Source of the DNA: Heteronotia binoei
Taxonomy: Eukaryota
Reading direction: 5' to 3'
Length of the DNA stretch: 64,000 nt
NCBI RefSeq assembly: GCF_032191835.1
Contig: NC_083233.1
Coordinates: 35,030,001-35,094,000 of the forward strand
A program made the translations under genes and the position numbers. Shown piece by piece: positions 1 to 19,975 of this stretch. The notes beneath the pieces were generated by a model. That model made no database searches and was not told the origin of the DNA. It worked only from the letters and a program-made list of their open reading frames with translations. How positions within the stretch are numbered: the stretch's first letter is position 1; the number at the start of each line of letters is the position of its first letter.

Positions 1-100
1 TTTGCTTTATAGAATAAATGTTTAGATCATTTTTGCATGCCTGTGATTTGTAAGCTGATGTTGTGTTCTTATATGCTTAATACAGTGTTCTGGATTTTAA

Positions 101-7215
<7,115 letters not shown>

Positions 7216-8059
7216 ACTGTTTGCTTCCTCCTGATAGAGAACAGACTTGAACTGACATTGGTGAAACTCACCTGCTATGGTGGTTTGCAAACAGGTTGTC
7301 CAGTAAAGCTGCCTCAAATCTTGGGAAACAATTCCTGTGTACTGTCTTTTACATTCTTGCTTAAAAGAATACTGGACCTAGTGTGTGACAGAATGAAAAT
7401 CGAGGTGATATCTTTTATTGGACCAGAGACTCAAATAAAGATGATCCAAATAAATTGTCTTCAATCCTGTAAGCCCAATAAAACAGCAGTGCCCTTAACA
7501 GGAGCGCCCTCTCTTAAATGCCAGTGGTTTTTGTTGTGCTTGAATTTTAATAAAGCAGAGTGGCTTAATTTTATAGATTCCTGTAGATTTGGTTTCCTCA
7601 CTTTGGACTTATTATATATATAATATATAAAACTGAGATCCTGATGTATAGTTTTACAAAATGAGAACTGCTTGAAGGAAGACATTTTACCGCCTGATGT
7701 TGTCATGTAAATAATGTTTTGCTGGGTGGAGGGGTGGCAATCTGTAGGTCATGGTAGGGTAAACCTAATGTTTTTATTTTAGATATTCAGTTTCTTGATT
7801 CATAGTCATCTGAATCATGGTCAGTGCGGGTGAATACCATGTGGCAGGACTTTTGGGTAGGGCCCCTACTGATTCTGAAAGTTTCCCATACGGCTTACTA
7901 AGCTGTTTCTGAAATTCAGAGGAACTTCAGGAGTTTCTCCAACCCAAAGGGAGGAACTGCAATCTGGTAACATTAGGGGGGCGGCTTTGACTGGTGGGAT
8001 CCAAATAGCTCCCTCTCTGCAAAACTGAGTGTTTATTTCCCAAAATATGTATATTTTTA

Positions 8060-8065
8060 AATAAA
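8060..8065 (+). terminator. Candidate distal polyadenylation signal of NKAP; other AATAAA at 7449, 7477 and 7549
   Basis: AATAAA hexamers downstream of the stop at 7215. Which one is used cannot be determined from sequence. Confidence 0.4.
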
Positions 8066-8662
8066 GCATTTACTTGGATGCACTTGGTTATTTTTGTGTT
8101 GTGATATTGTTTAATATGTGGTATGTCATATTGAAGCCCTGACTGTCTGAATTTTTTTTAGCATGTTGCCAGCAGAAGAAAAACAATGTCACTGTCTCCT
8201 TTCAAGAACATTGAAAGTATTAGTTGTCATTGGAAAATTCGTTTTTTACTTTGGAATGGGGGATAGTGAGCAGTTTTTAAATGAGGAGTGAATGTCAAGG
8301 TGGCTTCACATAGAGAAGATTTTATCATTGGTAATGTACACACTCAGTCTGGTTCCTTCTTATTCTGGGCTTGATTACTTCTGCCTGTGTAGGCTCAAAT
8401 TGTGAATTAAACAGGTTACCATGAGCATTCATCCTTCCTAGAACAATCTGCAAGGTAAGCATCTTGGTGTTGGATTGTGGATGAATGTATGTTTCCTCTG
8501 AGGAACCAACACTGTTTGTGTCTCTCTGCTTTGGTGTCCATGTGATAGCTGAATTAGCTACTTAGAGGAATGTGGAGAGGTCAAAAATGGAAAGCTGATT
8601 ACAAAAACAACTTTTATTGGTCAAAACACAGAGAAAAATAGAATTCTTAGTGGGTAACAGAA

Positions 8663-11600
8663 CTAAAAGTTGACCGTTTCCATCAGGGTGACTTTGCTTT
8701 CAATTACATCTTTGAGCCACTTTTCTTTAAATCTGCACTCTCCTGGCCTACAAAAGACAAAATGGGGAAATTTAAGAGCACAGTAGTACTGTATTACAAA
8801 ACTTAATTCAATTGAAAACAATGGTTGCTATTTCTTAAAATTTCTGTGCTAAATATAATCAGATATAGAAGGTCAGGAAGCAGCCACTTGTATCTTATCA
8901 GTCTGCTCTGCAGTATTTGAAGCTTTCCTACAAGAGGTTTTTCCTCTGGTAGAAGAACTAAAGCTACACTTTTTAAGCTGCAGAAAGGCATCAAAAGCTG
9001 CTGAGCAGCTAACAACCAACAATGTGCAACATTTGTGAGTACCAGCATCTGACAAACGTAAGTTTTCCATGCCCATGTTTTCCTTGCATATATCCCAGCA
9101 ATTATCTGTAACTTGTGTAGGTTTCAGTTTGGGGCAATTTCTCCACAGAATTAAGCAGCATGTGGGTCTCAACACGTACAGACTATTTCAAAGTTTCAAA
9201 GTTTTCCTAAATGTTGTATTTAATTATTGGTTTGAGAAGTTGGGACAATTGCCATATTTTGTTGGCATTGGGTCAAATTCTGGAGGGAGCCATTTAAACT
9301 CAGGAATCCAGTGGCAGTTTAAAAGCTAAGAGTTTATTCTAGCACAAGATTAGTGTGTCAGAGATCACTCAGTCAAATGCATGTAGTAACCAGTGTTCCC
9401 TCTAAGCTGAGTTATCATGAGCTAGCTCATAGATTTTTAGCCTCCAGCTCACACATTTTTGTCTTAGCTTAGGAAAAATGGCCCCAGAGTACAATAATTT
9501 ATGCAATAGCTCACAACTTTAATGCCACTGTCTCACAACTTTAATACCAGTAGCTCACAAAGTAGAATTTTTGCTCACAAGATTCTGCAGCTTAGAGGGA
9601 ACATTGGTAGTAGCCATCTGTAATACCTTAGCATAAATATAGCTGCTATGGATCTGTGATGCATTGGATGAAGTGAGCTCTGACTCACAAATATTTATGG
9701 TGGTTTGAAGTCAATTAACTTGAAAGGAGGTAAAATAGTTACACCCTGTGGCGGAAAAATTCTAAGTTGGCCCTTTATGAAACACTCAGTTTACTATATG
9801 GAACACTCAAAACATTCACTGACTACAAGCCCCAGGATGCTTTGCAGGAAACAGCTCTCTTGAAAGTGGAAGTTAGGACACTATAGGTAGATTAAGGTAA
9901 TTGAGATGGGAGGGCCAGGAATGAGCACCATTGGCATGAAAATTGTTTAGGTTTACCAGAGCTGGGAAATAAGGTTTATCAAGATTTTCTCTCTGGACAT
10001 CATCAGAAGTCCAGATTGGCATCAAAAGGGTATGGAAATTATCCTACACTTAAGTGCTTCTGTTCTCTAGTTGTTGAGTGATATGTCAGAATAATGATTT
10101 TATAAGCAAGATGTTTATATTAAAAAAAGTCTTTGATGGTAAGGGGTTCACACATCCAGATAGTATATAAAGGTTGAATTTTTCACTATTTCTTGCTGCC
10201 ACGTCAGAGAACTGAACTGTTCTCTGGGGTGCCAGCCAATTCTCCTTTAGAGATCTCTGTTAGAAATTCTTTCAAGATAATCTAAAAGCTTTGGGGCACT
10301 TAGAATCTGCAATGCTTAAAGGACTTAGAATTTAGCAGGTATAATGTATAAGTATAGTTTATAAGAATAAGGTATAGCTTATAAATTGTATAAACTGAGA
10401 ACTGGAAATTGTTTTTCCCTCCACTGTATTTTGGGTACATAGAGGAATACAAGCTATCATATGTTTAAGGAATACCGTGAGCTGGGTCTGAGTCTCATGA
10501 ATTTAGCTGCTGAGAACAAAAACGTGAGAATTGGTAAGTCTTGTGATTGGGTAAACTTCAAGAAGTGTCTATAAAATTAAAGGCAATAAAGACATAATTT
10601 CCCCCACACACCCTTCAAAGTCCTTTGAAGGCAGTGGACTTCAAAGGATATAAAGTTGCTTAGGATGCCCTGTAATAGGGTTACCCTCTGTAATTATTTA
10701 AACTCATGAAGCCTAAACAAAATATTCTGCTTTCATTTGTGAACTTAATGGTGAAGACTATATCAGTAAATGAAAGTTGCAAATAAGGATTGCTAAGGTC
10801 TTGACTGATTGCTGTTGTTGTATCTCTTAGCAGCAGCAAGTTCATCTGTAAACATTAAAAGGCAAAGATGGTTATTTCTTTGAAATAAAACACATATGGT
10901 TCCAGCAAATCAAAGAGTTGGATCCAACCAGCTTTTCCACCGGTGAAAAAGATTAGCCCCACAAAAGGCTAGATGGAGATTTTAGAACCTGCATTGACAA
11001 ACAGTATGAAGGACTAGGATGGCAGTAAGGAAAGGAATAGAAGGAAAAGGCTTGGATGGATCCAACAGAAACTGTTTAGAACTTTGGGGGTGGGGGGGAG
11101 GTTTCCACCCATCTCAACTCCCACTGATAAGTATGATTACAAATCCATGGGATTTACTTAGTTGGAATTGTGCACCTGTTGGATCTATTGACATAAGCTG
11201 GCTTTATCAATAGCAAAACATTAAGCAGTTTCCAGTATGGATAGATACATGAGAACAGCATAAGTATAAATTATCTGGTACTTAAGTAATTACAGGAAAA
11301 TATCTACCTGTGTATGAACCTGTTGGTCTCTACTACAAAGAATACTTCAACAGGTAATGTCTGCAACAGGTATAAAAGTAGATGGTTAACACAATGAGGT
11401 CTTAAGGATTTCATTTTACTGAAAGAAGTCCCAGGTATCCAAGGTTTTCCAGTCCTCATGGAAACTGACAATCGATAATCACATTCAAGCAAGTGATGAC
11501 CACATGCTCTCAGATAAGAGGACCTGGTACATAATACGCTCTGATATACAAAGAGGAGTTGTAGAGAATTCAAGCCATATTTGCAATCAGCCCTTACCTC

Positions 11601-14600
11601 CCCTTCTTCAGTTTGTATCAAGTTTATCCCCCCAAATTCAGACCTTTTTGGGTTGCTACTATTACAGATGCAATGGTTAAAAGCCTTGGTTGCTTACAAA
11701 TTTATAGAAGAAAATGGATGTTATCAGATCACTGCAAATAACGGTTTAAGGATCAAAACAGATCTTCACTAAGACACTCTAAGAAGGCTTGTACTGAGTA
11801 TATTCAGAAAATAAGAGGCTGGAAGTATAAGAATTCTTACATCTGGTTTGATTTTGGAAACTTCTATGATGAAATAAACATTTGCAGTTGCTCGGGGGAT
11901 GGGCTTCCTACGGGTTGGGATGCTCCAGCGTACCCGATAATGATATCTAGTACTGTACTGCAGTTCTTCATCTTCTAGATAGTTTGTCCAATGTAGCCAG
12001 CTCTCATGAAGCTCCCATGTCTGCAGAATAATTTCAAGTCATTCTGAAGTTCTTTGTACATGTTCCTTACCTTCACAGTCTAATTCTTATTATACAATAG
12101 CACAGCTCCATTTGTAATACCAAGGGTACAATCCAGAGGAGATCAGGCATGCCGAAGGCTCATTGAAATCAGCAGGCCTTGCAGTGGAACTGTGATGCTT
12201 AGACAGTTCCTTGGGTGTCAGTCCCATTCTTTTCTTTTAGATGAGGTATGGCAGGGGCTACCATTGGGTCAAGGATATTACTCTGTGCATCTGGTGCAAC
12301 AAAGCACACCTAGCTGCAGGCTGGAAAAGGGACAAGGGAGAAGAAGAGGGAAGTCTACATGGAATTTCCACACAGATATTCTTGAGATCATTGACTGTGA
12401 GCTAAGATTTCATTGTCCCTGAAGTGCCAAACCAATGTCCGGGCTGTACCTATTCAGAATGCAAGTGGGAAGCTCATGTGATTTAATGCTTCTCCATTAA
12501 AAAAATGAAATCCTGCATATAGGCATGTTAGTTCTCTATCCATTAGTAAGATATTGTAGTCAGTCAAGTGAATGCTAAGTCTGAAGTGGAACAGCCCGGA
12601 CACCGATTTGCAATCCAAGTGAGAATCAGGACGAAGTCTCACATTTTTGTTTATACACAGTTCAATAAGAAATCAGGCAGCTCTCACTTTTTAGTATTCT
12701 GACCAAAGAGTTGCAGCCAAATGCATCGAGATGATAAATGTTTGGACCCTTAACCTACAGTAATCAAAAATGTTATGACAGGTTAATTTGATATTACAAA
12801 CAACCAAGGCTTTTTTTTTTTTTTGTAGAAAAAGCCCAGTGTCAAGCATGGTGAAATCCCATTGATAATTGATGGTGTAAGGGTCCTGCCTAACCTGGTC
12901 TGTGAAACATCATGGAGGATCCAACTTTCTTAGCTTGTTATTCTTTCCCTTTCCCCTTCTTGCTTTATGGCTATTAATTAGAAGTAGTGAGAACTGAAAC
13001 CAAGTAATCAGCACCTTCCCATACATTCCAGTAAGGGAGTGAGAGACATCTGGAGAAAGCAAGGACACAGTCCTGATAACACTATGGGAATGTAGACATT
13101 TATGATAGTTTATGTGTGAATGCTACCCCCCAACCCCATCCCTTGGAATCCCTTTGAAGTAGGGTTTAAAATTATTGTATCAATGTGTATTTGGCATTAC
13201 TCTCAATAACCTGTTACCAAAGTATCGGTCTATCAATAACCTAGTCTTTGTATCAACTTCGACTCGTCACTGAACCCACATGCTTGACACCCAGCAGGAA
13301 TTCATTTGTATATTAGGCCACACCTGCTGATGCCAAGCCAGATAGAACTGTGTTCCTATGTGTTCCTGCTCATAAAAAGCCCTGCGAACAGCCATCTAAT
13401 GCAGGTTGTGTTGCTGAACACCCAAAGACCACATGTTTCTCAAATAATAAACCATGTATTTATTGCTGATTTTTAACACAATGGGTTATGTTATACTGTT
13501 CTGCAGAGCCTTCCAGTGTAAGAAGCCTTCCTCCAATGCAAGAGACTGAGCCTTCATTCCTTGGAGTAAGGTTCCTTGTGAAGGAAAGGTGCCAGTGGCC
13601 CCATTCACCCACCCTGCTTTCCCCTTCACTGATTCTCTTTTTTAGTCTTGTGTTACAATTACCTTCATTGTTACAAGATAACATCATTTTCGATCAGTTG
13701 TATACTGCTGTTCTACTCAGTTAACAATGACACCTTTGATTAGACTAAGGAGCCAAACATTTATCAACTGGAAGCTACCAGCCTCCAGATGGGGCTAGAG
13801 ATCACCTGGAATTACAATTGATCTCCAATTGGACTTTTATTGTTTGCTGATCTATGACCATTATAAATAAATTCAATTCAATTGATCTCCAGACTACAGA
13901 GGTTGGTTCCCTTGAGAAAAACAGTTGCTCTGGAGGATGGACCCTATGGCATTTATATCCTGCTGAAGTCCCTCCCCTTCCTAGGATCCACCCCCAAATC
14001 TCCAGGAATTTCCCAACCAGGAGATAACTCTAGGTCAATAAATTAGGGCTACCAGCCCCCAGGTGTGACCTGAGGATCCCTTGGAATTACAGCTCATCTC
14101 CAGACTACGGAAGATACTTCTCTTAGGGAAAATGGCAGCTTTGGAGGGTGGACTCTGCAGCACTGTATCCCACTGAGGACCCTGGCCTACCCCGCCTGCA
14201 TCTGCAAATCTCCAGGAGTTTCCCAACCTGGATCTCGCAACTGTATCCCCTCCCCATCCCCTGCCGGTAGCTGAGGGGGACCTGGCAACCCTGGCCAAGG
14301 TTATGTTTCTGGGTTTTGTTTCTTGACTAAAATAAAAGTATTTAATCTTACTGTCATCAGCATAAAGCATCAGTAAATAAGTAACTTTTACGTAAGTAGA
14401 AATGTACCTTAATAAAGCCAATATAAATTCTTTGATAGCATTTCAGAAGTTAAATTTGTCTTTTGGAACTACTTGTAGGTACCTCGACTAGCTACAGGCC
14501 TGCATCTAGCCAACTTCCAACCCTCGATTCACACATCCGGCAAGGCTGGGTCTGAAGGTAATGAAGTTCATAAATACCAGCCTTTCTCCTTACTTTCAAG

Positions 14601-14898
14601 TATGCCTCAATCTGCAGCAGCCCTTTTGCTGTTGTGAAGTCCTTGCACATCAGCCACTTGATGTTTCTCACCTCGTATTTGGCTCCTGCAACTGAAGAAG
14701 GCACAGCTTAGTGCCCAGCACAGATGGATTTCCCACCCTTTTGGAAATTTCAAAGATAGAACCAGTAATACCTGCCTCCTTTGGTTGTTCTTCTGGTCCT
14801 GCAATAACCTCCACAGCGCTTCTGATTGCATCGTCAACAACTATGTATGCAAGCTCGGGGAGAGAGTCAAAGGGAATTTCTGTGTTTTTCCAGGCCAT
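8663..14898 (-). CDS. AKAP14: A-kinase anchor protein 14 (AKAP28), 178 aa. Exons 14898-14772, 14685-14594, 12020-11841, 11360-11308, 8747-8663
   Basis: 537-nt spliced ORF with GT-AG introns: MAWKNTEIPFDSLPELAYIVVDDAIRSAVEVIAG (RII-binding amphipathic helix)...NIKWLMCKDFTTAKGLLQIEAYLK/TWELHESWLH...YRVRWSIPTRRKPIPRATANVYFIIEVSKIKPD/TLPVEVFFVVETNRFIHR/PGECRFKEKWLKDVIESK...F*. An in-frame TGA lies just before the ATG. AATAAA on the minus strand at 8613-8618. Position is syntenic. Confidence 0.94.
9391..9606. mobile_element. hAT-type MITE, family A
   Basis: Same TIRs; TSD gtagtaac/gtagtagc. Confidence 0.85.
9747..10608 (+). mobile_element. Solo LTR (862 bp)
   Basis: TG...CA ends with short inverted termini (TGTGGCGGAAA / TTTCCCCCACA); perfect 5-bp TSD caccc; TATATAAA at 10164; AATAAA at 10585. 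Confidence 0.8.
12805..13384. mobile_element. Family B MITE interrupted by a solo LTR
   Basis: Left half ends aaagcccag; right half resumes cccagcaggaa...aaaaagccctg. Confidence 0.75.
12840..13289 (+). mobile_element. Solo LTR (450 bp)
   Basis: 11-bp inverted termini TGTCAAGCATG/CATGCTTGACA; perfect 5-bp TSD cccag. Strand is tentative. Confidence 0.8.
13760..14295. mobile_element. Two tandem TAGGGTTGCCA-family MITE copies
   Basis: Shared internal sequence (gatctccagactacag...ggactctatggcatt...caaatctccagg); boundaries approximate. Confidence 0.6.
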
Positions 14899-15229
14899 TG
14901 TTCACAACCTTCCAAAAAGAGATAAAACTAATTAGATTGCATGGGATCATGAGGGTGTTCTGCAGCAGGGAAAGAAAGTGCTTTGTGATAGGCAAGGTTC
15001 TTGCATACCCTGCAGTAATAAACAACAGGATTTTGCACAAGGAAAAGTTAAATAATTTTACCTGATACATGAGGTTGGATCCAACCAGGTTTTTCACTGG
15101 TGCAAAAAGGAGGAGGGGGACTCCTGTGATCTCCAAAAAGGATGGATCCACCCCAAAAGGATGTATTTAGTCAAGAACAGCTGGCTGTCTTTGGGGCCAG
15201 AGATCACCAGCACATCGTTCTCAGCAGAG

Positions 15230-16060
15230 CATAACGCTCTTCAGGGGACATATCAGAGGATGCGGTCCTGAAGGCACATGGGTCCCTGACCACTCACAGC
15301 CTTAAAAGTCAATGCCAGCACCTTGAACCTGACTCAGTACTCCACTGGAAGCCAGTGTAATTGGTACATCACAGAATGAATATGTGCCATCCGTAATATT
15401 CCCATCAGGATTTAAACCACCACATTCTGGATCAGACTCTCAAAGGAAGGCCAGCATACAGCAAGTTACAACAGTCTAGCCTGGCGGCGACTGCTGTATG
15501 AATTACTGTGGCTAGGTCAGGGCACAACAAGAAAGGGACTAATTGCTGGGCTTAGTGTAGATGGAAGAATACCAGCCTGGCAACATTTGTGACCTGGGCC
15601 TCCATGGAAAAGGAATTATCCAGGGCCAAACTCCTGATGGTTTGTGCCGGTGTCAATGATGCCCCGTCAAGAGTGGGAAGTCTGTGCCCCAACCCTGAAG
15701 CCACACAACCTCCATCTTTGTTGGATTCAGTCAGCTCTTTTTTAACCATCCCACCACAGACTCCAAACCCATCGCCAAATTATGTGAGATGGTATCTGGG
15801 CAGCTGTCCATTAACAGTTATAGCTGGGTGTCATCAGCGTACTGATGACGCACCAGCTTGGCAAGAGGGTGTTTATAGATGTTAAATAATATTAGGGAGA
15901 TGATTGCTCCCTGAGGAACCCCACATATTAAGGGATACCTAGCTGACACCCTCTCCCCCACTGTCTGTCCCTGACCAAGTCGAAATGAGGAAAGCCATTT
16001 CAAGGCTACCTCACAGATTCCCACTTGCCATTTGCTCATCTGCCAGACAGACTGGATGGA
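15230..16060 (-). mobile_element. L2 LINE RT fragment
   Basis: WLSSF...GVPQGAIISLILFNIY...QYADDTQL. Confidence 0.8.
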
Positions 16061-16069
16061 TAGCTGTTT

Positions 16070-16144
16070 TTAAACATGATCTGGGTATGATAACCATTAA
16101 ACACGATCTGGGTATGATAACCATTAAACACGATCTGGGTATGA
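16070..16144. repeat. 27-bp tandem repeat, about 2.8 copies
   Basis: Unit ttaaaca(t/c)gatctgggtatgataacca starting at 16070, 16097 and 16124. Confidence 0.95.
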
Positions 16145-17216
16145 AGATAAATGCAGCAAGCAGTGCATTCCAGGTCAAACTCTCAAAGGCAGGCCAGTGT
16201 AGAGAGAGTTACAGTAGTCTGTCTAGTCTAAAGGTGACTACAGCACTACATGCATTTTCCTGTTTAATAAAGCAGACTGGGTTTCAGCTCCTCCCCACAA
16301 CATCTTAGATCATTTGTTATGCTCATACGCATATGCACAAAGGGGGACAAGTAATTGGAAGGCTCTGTCCTTTGTACTTGTTCAGAGACTGTCTTTACCA
16401 GGATTCCCCAAGGCACTGGTAGCATAGGAAGAGAAACATACTTTACATGCAAGCAAGCACATAATACATATATAAGAACACAGAGAGACCCAGGGTGGGA
16501 CAGGCTAAACTGGAGATTATGGGCCCTGACTGGGTGAAAGAGATGGGGGATATAGTAAGGAGAGTAATTAGAAGAGATGAAGTAAAAAGGCTGGCTGGAT
16601 ATGACCTGTGTTATGCAAGTTAATCCCATCTACATACAGCTCTGCTTAGTTCTGCATTCTTTGCTGTTTCTGCTAGAGCAGGGGTGTCAAACATGCAGCC
16701 CGCACAAGGCTCAAATCCGCCCCCCCCCCCAAGCCCCCCAGAGCTGGCAACCTTTACGCTCCACCACAACTGCTCGTGATGAAAACGTACAGCCCCTGAC
16801 ACAAGAAGGTAGGTGTCATAGAAACAGGGCATTTATTCTGGGGAAAAGGGTGCCAGAACTCTCAAGTGGGAAACGAAGGAGAAATGCAGCGAGTGCCTCT
16901 CGTGAACTTTTAAACTTTTTTTTAGACTTTTGTTTCCATGAAGAGATTCTGGAATTCCATTCCACCATGTTCCCCCAGAAAAAAATAACAGCCCTTGGAA
17001 ATAATGATCAAGCCTGCTTCACTAGGCATCCAATTGATCACAGCACTTCTTCCTCCCAAAAGCAGCTTGGGGATGTTTAATTACCTGTGTGATTCTACCT
17101 TCCAAGTTCTTCTCTCTTGTGATGAGATGTGCTTTATTTCTCCCAGGGACGCTGCTCCCCAGGGCTCATTATGCAGTGGACTGGCAGGCGTCCCTAGTAA
17201 GTGTTTGGTCATAATC

Positions 17217-17245
17217 GTCACCCAGGCAACACCAGTTCAGCCAAT
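17217..17245 (-). promoter_or_regulatory. RFX X-box plus CCAAT box; putative AKAP14 promoter
   Basis: GTCACCCAGGCAAC at 17217-17230 fits GTNRCC(N0-3)RGYAAC. CCAAT at 17241-17245. A minus-strand donor CACAG/gtaatt lies at 17085/17084. Confidence 0.5.
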
Positions 17246-18109
17246 AGAACGACAGCATTGATGTACAGGCATTCCATCCTGTTTAAAAGAAGTGTGCTGT
17301 TGAAGAACGGTTTGTTGTGCACATCAATGTTATCATTGGGCAGTGAGAGGCCAGAAGGAGATCACTGCCAAGTTTCTGTTTTCCATTTTGGAGTGGTGCA
17401 GGATCTTTACCCTCCATCCATTGCTAAATGTTGGCTGGGCAGTGTTGGAAACAAAATGTAATATGGACTTTGGCCTGTCTCATATGCAGGGCAGTCCTAT
17501 ATGAAAAAAAATGTAACAATTGGGGCCTGATTTCAATGTACTGCCTGATATGCCAAAGAACTCACTCATGCAACTTTGCAGTCACATAACACCTTATTGG
17601 CTGCTATTCATGCAAAGTAGCTAATTACAATGCCAGCATAACTCCCACCTCCCAGAATTACAATGGATTTCCAGACTACAGAAATGAGCTCCCCTGAGAA
17701 AGTGGGGGGAGTGGAGGAAGGAGAGCTAGCTTTACCAAGCTCTCTCAATTGCACAGCAGAGCTACTGAACCAAGACTCTCTTCCTTCTGTTGACTGAGGC
17801 TCAACAAGCCAGTGAGGTGGATTAGGCTGAGTGTGTGCGTTTGTCTGTGTCCTTTATAAAGTTTATATTTCCCCTACCTAACATTACATTTTATGACACA
17901 CATGGCCTGGCCCAAGAAGGTAAACGGCCCTCATAACAAATTAGTTTGACACCCCTGCTTTATGTACCACTTCCCCACATCAAATTCCCTCCCTTCTCAG
18001 GAACCACCTCCAAATCTTCCAGATTTTTCCAGTCTGGAGTTGGCAACCCTAGCTGTACATCTCTGCATGAGTCGCTGCTCTGGGCTTATTTCTGCTAATT
18101 AGATTAGTT

Positions 18110-18313
18110 CAGGGCTTTTTTGGTAGAAAAAGCCCAGCAGGAATTAATTTGCATATCAGGCTATACCCCCTGACATCACCATTGTTCCACACAGGGCTTT
18201 TTTTTGTAGAAAAGGCACAGTAGTGATTCATTTGCATATTAGGCCACACCCCTGATGCCAAGCCAGCTGAAACTACATTCCTGTGCGTTCCTGCAAAAAA
18301 AAAAAAAGCCCTG
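18110..18313. mobile_element. hAT-type MITE, family B
   Basis: TIRs; TSD gattagtt/gatgagtg. Confidence 0.8.
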
Positions 18314-19529
18314 GATGAGTGAATCCTGCAGACACAATGGGTGGGGTAGGCTCCCTGGCAGGTGGGTATTTCTTGTTCTCATCCTAAAAGTGTTCCTGTA
18401 AGAGTAAGTTCTGCCTCCAGTGTTAACTTTAAAAAAAAAGATCAAGGTAGGCAGCCATGTTGGTCTGAATAGAACAAAGTTAGAGTCCAGTGGCATCTTC
18501 AAGACCAATGAAGTTTTATTCAAGGTGTGAGGTTTTGTGCACAAGCACGCTTCCTCAGACAATGAAATGGAAATAGAAATAGCAGTTGCACATAAAGAGG
18601 GTGGGTTGTAAATTAGCATGCAAAAGAATGTAGATGTTTTTAACAAATTAAAAGAAGAACAAGCTTGACTTGTGTTTATCCGTTTGTGTTCAGCTATGGG
18701 GGCAGGGATAACATAGTATGTTTCAGAACTTTACGAAATGATGACTGCAACCACCTGATCCCTGCTTTTCATGGTTTTGCCAGAGCAGCCAATGATGTGA
18801 GTGAGAGCTTTAAGAGACATTCCGAATTATCAAGATAATGCCCAGGAATTACAGAAACGTACCATGCTTTTGGGCACAGTACTAATTTCCCTAACTTCTT
18901 TTAATTTCTTCAGCTTGTGACAGGAAATCTGGGTTTCAGCTTTAATCAATTTCCAAGCTCAGACCCACTTCCTTTGCAGCGAGGTGCTAGATTTCCCACA
19001 GCTAATGGCTGGGGTGCTTTGTAGAGAGATCTCACTCCCTGCAAAAGACAAATTCAGACAGGAAGTATGATGAGTTTGTCATGGGTTAGCATTTCCAGCC
19101 CTGTCAACCTTTGCAGTATGCTTTTTTGTTCATTCCTATGACATCCCAAACTTTATGACATCCCAAAAAGAAGGTGGGAGGCATATTTGTCTGCTTTTTC
19201 TTTTCCTTATAATCGGCTAAGATACCGGTGAGAACAATTGTGCATTTGTTGTCAAACTACAAAGCAAACGCAGGTGACCTTGAAGTTTGGCAGAGCAGCC
19301 ACTGATGTGGAGACTTTGAAGAGACAGTTCAGTCTTATCAAGGTAGTGTCCAGGAATTACAGAAATGTACCATGCTTGTGGGCTACCTTTCCCTGAAAAC
19401 TCTTGATCTCTTGGGTTCAACATCCACATATTTCTCATACTAATAATAGCTCTTTGCCTTGAAAACTGTTTAAAGTGGGAACAGGGAAAAGCGACTTTAA
19501 AAATCTTCAAATATACTTTGGAGCAATAT

Positions 19530-19742
19530 ATGAACATGAACATATGAAGCTGCCTTATACTGAATCAGACCTTTGGTCCATCAAAGTCAGTATTGTCTTC
19601 TCAGACTGGCAGCGGCTCTCCAGGGTCTCAAGCTGAGATTTTTCACATCTATTTACCTGGACCCTTTTTTGGAGATGCCAGGGATTGAACCTGGGACCTT
19701 CTGCTTCCCAAGCAGAAGCTCTACCACTGAGCCACCGTCCCT
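19530..19742 (-). mobile_element. tRNA-head SINE with CR1-like tail (Squam1/2-like)
   Basis: Reverse strand reads ggtggctcagtggtagagc...ggtcccaggttcaatccctggc; aacatatgaag tail. Confidence 0.65.
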
Positions 19743-19975
19743 TCCCGAGTATGTATAATAAAGAGCTGATGCAACCGTACTAGAATTTTGTGCGTTTGGA
19801 TGCAAGAAGTCCTGACTCCTGAGTTCAAACTTCACTGCAATCATGAACTTACTTGCCTATCTTACAGAGTTGATACAAAAATATGTAATGTGAACTTTTC
19901 AGTAACAGCACCAAAGCATATAAGGCCCCTCCTGAAGGAGGTCCAATTGGCAGGCTTACCAAATTGCTTAACACC

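Noticed and set aside
16070-16144. CRISPR-like array
   Set aside because: The units are contiguous with no spacers, and the context is eukaryotic.
19653-19742. tRNA gene
   Set aside because: The tRNA-like head continues into a SINE body and tail, with no complete cloverleaf.
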